Below are positions 35,246-47,506 of a DNA stretch of 64,000 nucleotides, piece by piece. The stretch covers positions 128,001-192,000 of the forward strand of contig CAVTHO010000004.1 in assembly GCA_963734545.1 (NCBI GenBank), in the 5' to 3' direction. Origin of the DNA: an uncultured Spirochaetota bacterium (GTDB taxonomy: Bacteria > Spirochaetota > Spirochaetia > SZUA-6 > Fen-1364). Each line of letters begins with the position of its first letter. Position 1 is the stretch's first letter. Below the pieces are notes generated by a model that was not told the origin of the DNA, did not search any database, and saw only the letters and a list, made by a program, of their open reading frames with translations. The translations under genes and the position numbers were made by a program.

Positions 35246-36372
35246 TCACTCCCAGCGCTCTTCGAATGCGGGATCCTTCGCCTTCGCTTCCGCAATCTTC
35301 TGTTTCCACAAGCCTTTCAGTCCCTTGTTGTTCCACAGAAGATCAACGGTTTCGTACTCCTTGAGCGGAGAGGCTTTCTTCAGATCGATGTCCAGCAGAT
35401 AGATCTCGATCTTTCCTTGTTTCAGCACTTCGAAATACAGCCCCTCCTGTCCCAGGTAATAGGAGAAGGACAACGCGGGCATGTGATCCGATTCGTCCAT
35501 GCCGTGCCACACGGAGTAGAGCGCGTCTTCCTTCAGGTCGTAGATGAGAACATTCCATCGCGACGGATTCCTTGGGACAGTGATTATTGGGTCATTCATT
35601 ATCGACTGGTAGAGAACGAGGAACACGAAGTTCTGGTCTACAACCGACTGGAGAGTTTTCACCTCAGCGACTATTGGGAGGTACGCCCCAGTGAAGGGCA
35701 GGATGAAATCTGTCAAGACCGACTTGTCGGACCTCGAGTAAACCCGGAGCTCCGTGTCACGCATAGCCCCCATGTAGGGCAACTTTGACTCTGTCGGTTG
35801 AAAACGCGATAACAAGATCAGATTTGCACCAGCATCAAGATCCTTGGGGTTCAGAGATGTAATAGACGTCCGGGTCTCTGCCTTCAGCTGAATACACCCA
35901 GCTTCGCTCCGTATCAATTCGCATGATCCCGTCATTGTGACTACGCAGATTCCTGTAGAAGCCAAATACCTTTTCTCGACGATATGTCCTGAAGTCCGTG
36001 ACCCTATCTGTCTTAACCGCCTTTGTCTTCTTGTCGTAGCGAAAAACCTCATACGAAGGTTCCTTGTTTCCACCACTCCCATAGTAGGGGTAGAAGTACA
36101 ACGACGACTCATCATCATTGGTGAGGCGTGGAAAGGAGTATCCTTGAATGTCCTCAAACCGGAAAGGACCCCTGTCGCTCAGCGGAATCGTCGTGATAGG
36201 CTTCGCCACAACCGCCTGCGCGAACAGCGTCTTTGGCATGTGAACGTCCGTGCGACCCTTTGAACACCTCTTCATACAGCGAACTCAGGTTGCCTCCCTG
36301 CGCGTTCGCCAACAGAATCGGGAGCATCAACAAGAACAGCACGATGATGGGCTGAGTTCTCCTGTTTGCCAT
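35246..36372 (-). CDS. Secreted hypothetical protein, candidate immunity protein (two frameshifts, ~36260 and ~35850)
   Basis: GGGGAG RBS 9 bp after the giant gene's stop region; signal peptide MANRRTQPIIVLFLLMLPILLANA-Q; fragments 36154-36372, 35835-36275 and 35246-~35850 are collinear, about 375 aa in total. Confidence 0.7.
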
Positions 36373-36381
36373 TTGACTCCC

Positions 36382-39300
36382 CTATCGGCCACCAAGCAGT
36401 GATGTGTCCCACCAAGGCTTGATCCGACCGAAGTTGGTGCCGCCACCGTTGAACTGATTCCGCCACCCGCTGAAATACCTGTTGTCCAAAAGCCAGTTGG
36501 AGTAACTGTCATTCAGCACGGAGGCGCTTTGCCAATTCCCGAGACTATTCGCTCTTGGCCCCGCTTCGTAGAGTGTTCCGTCAACTTCTTTCTGCGGTGC
36601 ACTGTGGATCAGGAGGTTCTGACCTTGGTCGTCGACCCCATAGAATCCGATGTGCATGTTTCCAGGAGGGCCGAGGAATACCAGGTCCCCAACCTGCGGA
36701 GCCGCCACCGGGTCAATCCGCGTGTCGTAGGACGTCAGGTACACCCCGCTGGCCTGCTTTGCTCTCACTCGCTCTGCCCACGACTCAGGCAATCCATAGT
36801 CGAAGTCGGCAAGCAAGGCGTTCTGCATGGAGCCCGTTTCTCCTTTGAGCCTTGCTGCAAGCGCGTTGCTGTAATCCTTCGATGAGCTGTCGAGCGCCCG
36901 CTTGTTGATCATTCCGCGGTATGACTGCCCTTCCTCCAGGGCACCGGCGGCATATGCCACAAGGTCAACGTACCCCACGCAGTCCAGCGAGGGAACACTC
37001 CCGTTGGTATCCTTCCAGCGATATAGTTCTGCATTAGGTGCTTGTCCTTCTTGAGGGAACCATCCGGTCACCGCCTTGCCGTACCCACGTTCGACAGTGT
37101 TCGAGTTCGCCCAATATGAGGCACCCGGTGTCTTGCCCTCCTCCGATCCACTTCTATCGTAGTTGATATTCAGGTACTCGCCCGTGTAAGTCAGCGCCAC
37201 ATCATTAATCAGGTTCCCGAACGGATTGTCGTAGCGAGCACTTCCCTCACCGGAAGCGAGGTTCGCCAAGAACAGCGCGCCAGAAAGACCGTCGAATCCG
37301 TCGCTCCCCCGGAAAGCGTTTGTCGTGTACTGGAGCATATCGTGACTGTACATGCTGCCGGCGACCGAGTCCTTCGAGTCCTTCAATGCCTCCCTAAGCC
37401 CGTTCACCAAAGCGAAGGCGTCGCCGTAGTCCTTATTCGACAGAACACCCGAGGTAAACGTGCTTAACTTCTCGTTGCCTGCAAGAAGCGCGAACGACCC
37501 CTCACCATTCACCAGATAGCTCCACAACTTGTTGGATTCCTTGTTGATGCTCCCGATCGCTTGGTCGTTCTGCACTGCTGCCAGCTTCAATAGATCCATC
37601 TCCGCCGCGTGCTCGTATTGCCGTTGACCGACTGTCTTCCCTTCACTGGCGATCTGCGCTGACGCAATATAGCCGAACCCACCGGCCCCGAACTTCTGCA
37701 GCATCCCTGCGCTCCAGGCCATCCCGGTTTCCTCGTATCCCTTCCCTGTCACGCCGAATGCCTGCATCAGGTCCGCGTAGGCGCTGATGCCGCCCATCTT
37801 CGCCTCAAACTCCCCTTTCCCGCCAAGATGTACTCCCTCATGAGCGAACAATGACGCGACCTGCGCCGCCCCTTCGATGCCGCCTCCAAGAAGCTTCGCA
37901 TTTATGCCGATGCTGTTGCTGCCTTCGGCATATGCCAAAGCCTTCAAGTCCTGCTCGGTTATGCCTGCAGTAGAGGCATCATAGTAGCTGACATTCTTCT
38001 GCCCTGCCCAAATCGCCTTTGCAATCTCGTAGTTTCCGCTGTTTTGTGTGTACCCCATCATGTTGATCGCGTTCAGCGTCGAAATGCCCCGCTGGTCGCC
38101 GAACGCTGCACTCGCTTTCGCCCCTGTAATCTTCAGAGTATCCTTGAGCCCGCTCATGCTCGCCGCGCACTGGTTCCCAGGCTCACATTCGTCCCGTTGC
38201 TTCCGAAGTTCATCCCAAATCCGCGGCTACCTCCAAGGTGCATTTCCATCAGCCCGTAGCTCTTGCTGCCGCCGAAGTCGGCGAAGTTCATCACATTCAA
38301 CGTCGCCTCGTTAGTGATCCCATACTGGATCCCCGTCGAAGTCAGGCCACCGGCGAGGCTATTGAAGCTCTCGATGCTCTTTCTGTTGAATACTTTCCCG
38401 CTGAGGTCGACATCGTTTCCGTCGTAGAGGTTCCAGTTTCCAAGCCCAGTGTTTACCGCTGCACCGCCTGCAGCTCCCGCCACGCTCGCCCATGCTCCCG
38501 TTCCAAACGACCCCTGCATGAAGCTATTCGTGTCCCACCCCAGCTTGCCGTCAGTCCAGTTGAACGCGTTGATCGCGCTCGTTGCCGTGTTCGTCGTGAA
38601 CGTCTGCGCCCCCGCAAGCAGCGCTTTGCCCACTCGCCCCCTTGCCGAAGCTTCCCAGCGCTCCTGTCAGCCCTGTCTTTGCGAACCCCTCCCCGACGTT
38701 AAACCCGTTGAACACTCCCCCTATTGTACTGGTCACCGTAGCTGGTCAGGAAGCTCTTCCCGATATCTAGCCCCGCCTCTTCCCAGCTCTTGTACCCGTA
38801 GGCCACATCCAGCGCGTCAAAGAGCACCGTGCTCGATGTGCTGATCGCCGCAGCAGCAGCTATCCCCGCTATCCCCCCGATCCCTCCTGTAGCCACGGTG
38901 GCCACTATCCCCGCAGCTATCGTGCCCACACTCCTCAGGCTGGGCGCCTTGAACCAGCTTCCCGTGTCGTCCCACAGCGGCTTATCCCACCGAGGGGCCG
39001 CCATCTCCGTCCACCCGCGGCTCTCCCTCATCTCGTTCCAGATGAAGTCCCCCATCAGCCGCCCCAACTCCCCCTTGCCGCTGACGATGATGTTTCGCCT
39101 CTGCGACTTGTCGAAGTCAGGCTCATCCGTGAACTCGGGCGCGTACCCTATCCAGGCCCCAAACTCCCCTTCCCCCATCTCCTTGCTGATGTCCCGCTTC
39201 TCTGCCCTGAAGCTCACCACCAGCCCCTTGGCCTTCTTCTCCGCCTGGCTCAGCTCCTTGCCCTCTCCGAAGATCCTCTTCTGCGCTGAGCCCACCTCCT

Positions 39301-42300
39301 CCTGCGCCGCTCCCACCAGGTCCATCACTGCGCCCGCGTCCAGCCCGCTCAGTCGACTCTGGCTCAGGTCCACCTTCAACTGCAGCGCGGGCATCGCGTA
39401 CCACACGTACCCCCCGACGCGCAGATTCTCGCTCACGATGTCGAAGAACAAGCTCCGCATGATCGTCTCTCGCTCGTACACCCCTCCGCTCTTCGCGTAG
39501 CCCGCATCGCCAAAGGTGGTGTCCATGCTCGTCTCAAAGCCCTCGTTGGCCTGCTTCACGCTCTCCGCTAGCGCTTCCTTCGCATCCTCCACGCTCGCTC
39601 GGGCATCATCGGCCAGCCCTCGCGCTGCCAACGCCGACAGCTCGCTCCTGCTCTGCGCTACAAACCTCCTCGCCTCTGCCGCGATCCTCGCCCCCGAGGT
39701 GTCTACTGACAACCCCGCACGCGCCACCACCACTTCTCCTGACCCGATCCCTGCATTCATCCGCCTCAGCGCGCTCAGAGCCTCGGCGCTTCCCACCTCT
39801 CCCAGAAGCCCCTCCACAGCAACCGTGGCCTCTTTCGCGTCATAGCTCATCCCGCTCACCAGCAGCGTGCCCGCGTTCCGCGTGCTGTCCTCTGCGCTTG
39901 CTCCCACCTCAGACAGTATCGCCTCGTTGCCTGCCTGCGCCGCCTTCTCCCTCGTGGCCGCCACCCAGGCAAGCTTGCTCTCTCCCATGTTCAGGTAGGC
40001 CTGCCTCCACGCTTCACTCTTGTCCCCATACTCCTGCTGGAAGCCCTGCCTCCACTGCACAAGCGCCCGGCCCAGCTTCTCCTGGCTGCTCGCCCATGCG
40101 CTTGCTGCCTTGGCCCTCACCAGCCCCACCTGTGCGTACCACCCCTGCCGCCTGTCTCCAAGGTCCTGCACTGACTGGGCCCAGGACTGCTCGGACTCTG
40201 CGCCGCGCGCATCCAGGGCGCCCGCGTACGTGGAAAGCACTGACTGCGCGTACTTCTGCAGAGCCGCCATCCGGGCCTGGGTCTCCGCCGCGTTCAGGAG
40301 TACCCCGCCGGAGAATGAGGCCGCATCCAGCACATTGCTTGAAAGTTCGTGTTCCGCCCTGGCAACCCACTGGGCGTTCTTATAAGCCTGCGAGGCGGCT
40401 GACACAAACGCATCTTTGCCTTGCCGTGCCGGCAATGTACGCGTCGTAGGCGGCCCGATACTCCTGTTGGGCCGTTGCCACCCGGGTCCTCGCGCTGACC
40501 AGGGCGCTGCTGACCTTCTGCTCGGCAGCGGACGTGTCGAGGCCGGCAAACAGCGTCATCCTTGACAGGGCTTTGCTGAAGGAAGACTTGTCCTCAGGCT
40601 TCAGTTGTGCCCAACTTGCATCGAATTGGGCCAGGAGCTCCACGGGTATGTCGACCTTGTCCGCGGCAATTCCCTGACGCTCGCCGGCGACCTTCTTGTA
40701 CTGATCGATGAATGAGGTGAGAGAATCGAGAGATTCACCGTTGCTCCCCTGCAGCTCGGTGAGACGCGCCCAGGCAGCATTGTAGACCTTTGTCGGACTT
40801 ATCGTGTTCTGAACCTTGGCGCCATCATTCAGGCTTCTGAGGCTTGAGACCACGTTGCCTATCTCGTCCCTGATCCTTTCTGCGGCGTTTCTGTCGCTTC
40901 TACTGCCCATGATACCGGGCAAAGATGCCGTGATCTCTGGCAAGTCTCCTGTAGTGCTGATACCGCCTTTCAGCCAGGTCCCACATGCGGCTGAAAATTC
41001 TTTCAGATGTCCTTGACTCGAACTGGCTGGAGGTGTTGGTGCTCTTTCCTCCCGCCATCCGCATCGCAAAGTACAGCTCGAATGCTTCCTTTTCCTCAGC
41101 ATTCGCCATGACTGACTCGTAGCGCGCCTGATCGAGGGAAACAGCTTCGGCAATGTAGGCCTGCACGTCGCTGCTATGGTTTTCACCTGCTATCTCCAGA
41201 CGGAGCCACTTACCGGACGATCTGACGAAACTGTTGTTGCTGGCGTAGCCCGAGAGAAGGCCCCGTATGTCGGCGTCCACATTCGAATCGTATAGCCGTC
41301 TCTTCAGCCAATCCGCCGCGAAGCCCCACCTGTTGATGAGACTATCCATTCCGCCAGACTGCGCGGCAAGCTTTTCCACTGAAGCGACCCACGAGCTGAG
41401 CTTGAAGCTCGAAAGAGCTCCTCTCCGCTCCGTCCTGAAGCGCCTGCTCCTTCTGGAAAAAATCCCTGACTTCCTGGACAGATTCCTCGCTTCCCTGGGA
41501 CGTCAGAACAAACGAGTCATCGATGTCCAGCACGAGCTTTCCATTTCGCACCTTGAGGTAGCTCGACCATGAGCTGGCCCGGTCCGAGGCATCGAAATCT
41601 TTCAAGCCGCCAAGGGCTGCATCGCGGTCTAGAACTTCGCCGCGCGTTTTCTGGAGAGCTTCGTAGAGATCTTGAGCCTTCTTGGCCTGCGCCTCTGTGG
41701 CCAGCGCAAGATCACCGGTCACGCGCTCGAGCCGCATAAACGCGGTGTACTTCTGCTTCCATGCGTCGTACGCTGCCAGAGTGGCGGCGTCTTCAATCGG
41801 CCGTTCCGCTACAGCCTCTGCCCCGAAGAGCCCGGTCAGCGCGTCCTTTGCCGCAGTTGCGCGGACGAGCTGGTCAGCAGCTTCTTTCTGGCGCTCGGCA
41901 GGGCTCTGGTAGTCCGCGGCCACCTCACCGCTTGCTGCCAGATAGCCGCTTGCCGCCCAGTCCTGGATTTCCTCCCGTGCGCGCAGATCGAACCGGGCCT
42001 GTTCCAGGCTGTCGCTGGCGTCCTGCAGATCCGCCAGGAGCGCATTGATGATTGTCCAATGTCTTCGAACTCCGCCAGGGCAGTGTCCACGGCAGACTGC
42101 CCGGCCTGCACGTGCCCGCGGAGACCTTCCATGGCAGCCTGGAGAGATTCGAGCTGCGCCTGGCGTTCCTCGGCCCCGAGGTCCAGGAATGCAAGAGCCT
42201 GGCCCGAACGGCTGATGTCTTCCTTGAGACTGTCAATCCTTGCAAGGGCGGATCGAAAGCTCGCCTCGTCTGCGTCCAATGAAGAGACGGCGGCCGCAGG

Positions 42301-45300
42301 GAGGTCGCTCTCCTGAGCGGTGCCTGCAACGAGAGCAGAGAGGTAATCATGGAACCGGGCGACGGCCCCGGCATCACCGCTGTCAACTGAAAGCTGCGCG
42401 GTAAAGGCCTCTTCGGCGCGTGCAAGGCTGTTGAACGCCTCCAGAACCAGGTTGTCCTTTGAACCGGCAGCGCTTCGCGCGTAGATTGCCTCATCCCGAG
42501 TCTCAGCGCTGGCCGCGGTCGTGATTGTCACCCCCGGGCCCACATTCGAGTCACTCAAGTAGTCGCGCCAGGATGCGGGGGCATCCGTCTGGCCGGCGAC
42601 GTACGTCCAATAGGCTGCCTCTGCCCGATCCACCGCGACTTCATGAGAAAGAGACATCGCCTTTTCGGCTATCTCGCGCATGGACACGGACGCTGCCCCG
42701 TCCAGTGGAGCGGCTGCGACGGCCTTGTACCAATCGAGGTAGGTGTCCGTTGAAATGGCCGCAAAGAACGCGTCGTCCCACTGATCGATCGAGATGGCCC
42801 CGATGAGGCTGCACTTTGCTGCAGCATCGTCAGGATCGCCTCCTGCAACTCTTTCCGCATAGGCCTCGGGACTGCCGTCGAACGCCCCCAGATAGCCGCG
42901 AGCCTTCATCATGACGTCCTTGAACCCGCCTACCCTTGTCAGGCTCGCAGGGCTGGTTGAGAGAAAGCTCATGAGCTCGTCAGGGACCGGTAGCCCCTGG
43001 GAGAGCAGCATCTTGGCGCGATACTCTGCCGCAGAGGCGCCTGCTCCTGCGAACGCTTCTGCCTCCAGGTCGAAGCTCTTTCCCGCGTACGAGGACACAT
43101 CCCCTGCATGGCCCAGGCCTGCGCGATCGCGCAGGAATACGGCAAGTGCGCTCCGCTCGGAATCGTCCGCGCCTTGCGCCTGAGCGGCAAGGGTCAGGGC
43201 TATGGCGCGCTCGTACACAGCGCCTGGTTCACCCAGGCTTCTGACGGCGGCAAGGCGCGCATCGAAGGTGTCTCCCATGAGGACCCGTCTGAAGAGACTC
43301 TCCTTGTCCTCATATCCAGATGCGAGTCCCTCGCAAAGCGCAATGATTTCCTGCGGTGCCGGATGGTCTGCGTCGAAGCTCTCGAGGTACGTGCTCAGGG
43401 CTGCTTCCAGATCCTCCTGAGTGGACCAATTGTGAGCAGCCACCTCCTCCCAAAGTCTCATTGCTTCCGGCGCAATCGAGCTCGCGGAGATGCCCGAAAC
43501 GGTCTGCGCCACGCTCACCGTGTTCCACGTTCTATAAGCGGAGATGCGCTGGCCTTCCACTGAAGCTCCGTAATTGGTGGCAAGAAGCTCCGCGGCCCTG
43601 GCAGCTATGCTGTCTGCCAGGCTGGCAGGCATGCCCGCGGCAAGCCCGGCTGCTATCGTGCGCAGCGGCCTGCCGGGATCGGCAATGAATTGTTTTGCCG
43701 CTTCCGCGGCACCCGCGTTGACGATCAGATCCTTTGCGGCGTTCGTGAATGGCGATGACGCACCGGGCCGGGCATACAGCTCCACCAGTGAAGCGAACCT
43801 GTCCATGCCCTGCAGGCCCTGGGTAATGCGATCAAAGTCGGCCAGGGTAGCGGCAGCTTGTGAAGCGGACGCCTCCGCCGCCGCGGCCCTGTCTGCTGCC
43901 CCGGCCAGGGAGCCCCTGCGGACAGCATCAGCGGCAGCGTACCGGGAGAGAGCTTCGCAGTATTCGCTCACACGGTCCTCGAGCCAGCGGGGCCCGTCCG
44001 CTGTCGCGGCCCGCAGCGCGCCTCCCAGTTCGGCAACGAATCGACCAGCGGCCTGGCTATCCAGGATGGAAGCAGCCGCCGCCACGTCTTCTGCAGAAGA
44101 CAACGAAGCGTTCTCCGGCACGCGCAGTCCCCTGTCCGTGAATACTTTCTTCACCGCATCCAGGGATTCGGACTCTCTCTCCGCGATCAACGCCGTGCTG
44201 GTGCCTGCGGCATGGCTCCATGCCGCCTGAAGACGTCGGGCGCGCTCCGCCTCCCTGTACTGGGGCAAGCAGAACGCGAGGGTGAGGTCTCCTGCCTGGG
44301 TATCCACGAATGTGCCCGTGCCGCCTGCAAATGCCTGGATCCACGCGTCTGTGCTCGTCAGCGCGCGGAGTCGGGCCAAGCCCGTTGCGGTGTCCGCTGC
44401 GCTGTCCAGCGCACTGAGCAGCGCATCCAACGCACCTGCGCGATGGAGTGCTTCAGCCTGATCCAGACCCGGTTGCGCTGATTTTGCCAGCATGACAGCG
44501 TCCTGGTCGGAAGGGCTGCCATTCCCTGCCATCTCGAGCCAGGCCTGCAGTCCTCGTTTCTCAGCCCTTGCGCGCGCAGCTACCAGGGCCAGCGCAGCCG
44601 TGGGCATTGTCGGCAGACAATCGGTCCGCCAAGGATCCTTCGCTCCGCGTGCCTCCTGATTCGTTGTACCAGCTTTCCGCATCCGTGGCGCCGCTGGCCC
44701 GCACTTCAGCGAGCCGTTCCTGGTATGCGGCATCTGCCCGCACGTTGAGCAGGCCAAGGTAATTGAGAAGCTTCGCTCCCGCGGTTGCCTTTGCGTCCCC
44801 CACGGTTGCGTCGCGCCAGGCGGCAAAAAGGGCTGATACGGCCGCGTAGTCGGGCGCATCGATCGGCACGCCAAGCTCGTCAATGGATGAGGGAATCCGA
44901 TCCACGAAACCCGGCACCCGGATTCGCTCAGCCGCGCTCTTCAGGTCTGCAAGCGGGGCAACCCCGGACTCTGGATCGCCCTTGACCAGGACCGCGGCGC
45001 TCTGCCAGGCACCGTCGACTGCAAGATCAAAGCCGTGCAGCCTCGCTGCGGTGAAGTAGGCTGTGCTCGCTTCGGTGAGCCAGGTGTCGGATCCGGACAT
45101 CCCGCTCGCGTCCAGCAGGTCCTTGTACTTCTGCTCGATCTGCCCCTTATAGAAATCCACTGTCCCGCTCTGCGTAGAGACGAGCGCGTCCACATATTCC
45201 TGGCGAGCCTGCTCATAGTCGGCAGAGGCCTCGTCAGCGGCAGCCTGGGCCGCCTGAAGGGCCTGGCGCGCAGCGGCCAGTCCCGCGCCTCCATCCTGCA

Positions 45301-47436
45301 GGCCCTTCACTGCTGCTTGATATTCATCCAGCCGCGTCTCATAGACGGTCTTGGCCGCGTTGTACTTCTTCGTCCCCTGTGTCGGCAGTCTCACGGCCGC
45401 TCGAGATGTCCTGGGCATATGCGACGACCGAGTCGGCAATGGCTTTCCTCTGTTTCCAGTAGTCCTCTATGGCCTTGGCACGGAGAAGCTCGAGCTGATA
45501 CTCGTCAAGGTATGCGACACCCGGAGTCGGCGTCCGTCTTCAAGACATCCCTGAGGTCAGCTATCTGCGATCCAAAAGCGCTCCCCAGGGCGTCCTCGAG
45601 TCCCTCCTTGGCCGTGGCAGCCTGCGCGGTGTACGTGTCGATCATGTTGAGCCAATCGCCCATCCGGCTCATGCGCTCCCAGGCAGTCTGGACCGCGTCT
45701 GCCTGGGAAGAGTTGCCGTCCGTCTGCTTCAGGAAGCTCTCATATGTGGCAAGCGCCAGGTTCAGGGCAGAGTTCTCTCCCTGAACCGGCCCGCTGGCAT
45801 TGACCACACGCATCTTGTTGTGGACAGGCACTCGCTGCGCAATCAGATTGCTCAGGCTTTGAATCTGCAGATTCTAGGAGGCGATCTTTGCGGCCGGCTC
45901 CTTGATGAGCTGTGCGACCAAATATGGCGAGTTTGGATATGCCTTTTTGATACGCACGATATCGAATTCGAGGTCCGCAATTTCCGCTTGATAGTAAGAC
46001 CACGCCTGGGTATATGCGCTTATCTGGGAAGACAGCGTGTTGACGTATCCTGCCCACGTCTGCGTGCGCCAGGCGGTCAGGGCCGGCACAGCGTCCTTGG
46101 AGAAAACCAGGTATTCGCCGTTTCCGTCCCTTATGTTGAGCTTCTGTATCACCTCCTGGCCCGAGGCCACGGCAGTGGAGATGACCTGGAGGGATTGCGC
46201 GTACATGTCGACAAGCGCGCCCACCCTCTCCTGCATGCCGGCCAGCCGCTCGTTTCGTTCGTTCTGGAACTCATTCCGGGCAGTATTGATTGCAGCGGCA
46301 AGCTGGTTCTGTTCGCCCTCCCACTTTGCCTTGCCGGATTGAAGGAGTGTATCGACCTTCTGCTCCCATGCCCGGCGTTCTGTGGAGAGCCGCGCGAATG
46401 CCGCGGACCACGCTGCCTCTCCCTCTTTGTAGGACTTCCCCGCGTCCCGCTCCCACTCCATGCGGCTGGTGAGGAACTTCTCCTCTGCCGCGTCCCACTT
46501 GGAGAGCCCTTTCTCGAACGCCGCCTTGAAGCTCTCAAGCCACTGCTGCACGTCTATCGAAGGAACGCTGGAATCCACCGAGTCGGGACTCAGCGCCAAT
46601 CCGGATCTGATCTGCTCGATTCCCTCCTCGGTCTGGGCCCGGGTCTCCTTCACAATCTGGTCGGCAACGGCATCCGCGGTCGTTGACTCGCTCTTCTTGC
46701 GCAGCGAGTATTGATCATAGAGCCGCCGCGCCGTCAGGGACAGCTCGCCCTGGAGCGCCACCCTCTCCATCTCACGCCGCAGGCCTGCCTCGCGGCTGCT
46801 CTTGTACTCCCCATACCTGGCAAGCGCTTCGGGACCCAGAAGGCCGCCCAGCTCGGGCGCAAAAGCAGCGTCCACCCTTGATTCCCACGCGGCAAGGACC
46901 TCGTCCGTGGCAGAGGCCACCCGGGCCTTCCAGCCTTCCCTGTCCGCCTCCACCCCGGTTGCCCCGTGCAGGACCGGGTCACCGCTCTCATCGAGGACGA
47001 TGTTTCCCGCTTCATCAGTCGTGTACAGGTACTGCAGGTCTGCCTCGGTGATGGCCCGCAGCACTGCTTCGCTTCCCAGGGAGCCCTGTCGATCGAAGAA
47101 GCGTCTGGTCAGCCACGCCTCGTAGCGCTGCTCTGTCTGCGCGCCCACCCAATCGGAAAGTTGCGCCCTGGCCCGGGCAATCTGGTCGGGATCGGTGTAG
47201 AGATCCGAGGCCTCGCGCTCCCAGAGAGAGACCGCGGCCTCGGCTCCGAAAAGTGCTACTCTTTCCCAGGCAGAGCTTTCACGCTCCAGGTCTGCCCGGT
47301 TGTAGTAGACTTCCAGCGTTTCTTTCTTGAAGCCCTTGATGCTGCCGGGCAGCTCCTGCCCCGCCAACGCAGCGGTGGTCAACAGGGCGAATATGCAGGC
47401 GATGAGGTATTTCCATGAAAGGTGGAATGCCTTCAT
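36382..47436 (-). CDS. Giant (~3,700 aa) secreted helical protein with C-terminal HExxH and NlpC/P60-like domains; putative polymorphic toxin, split by about a dozen frameshifts
   Basis: GAGGAG RBS plus signal peptide MKAFHLSWKYLIACIFALLTTAALA. Abutting or overlapping minus-strand fragments (45874-47436, 45505-45831, 44561-45439, 41836-44883, 41342-41923, 40900-41379, 40380-41186, 38699-40549, 38154-38633, 36382-38157) lack intergenic gaps. AHEGVH; LDCVGYV..GDLVFL..HIGFY..LIHS. Confidence 0.75.
39645..40190 (-). repeat. In-gene copy of the ~547 bp direct repeat (partner of 30803-31349)
   Basis: Direct visual alignment of both ends and interior. Confidence 0.95.
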
Positions 47437-47506
47437 GTTGTCCTCTCCTCCACGATTTTTAATAAAGACATTGGAGAGTATACATCTTTTTGAAGAGTTG
47501 AAAAGG

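Noticed and set aside
30803-40190. Repeat pair as a diversity-generating retroelement template/variable repeat
   Set aside because: Mismatches involve all bases and are mostly silent rather than adenine-specific, the repeat is not at the C-terminus, and no reverse transcriptase is in the window.
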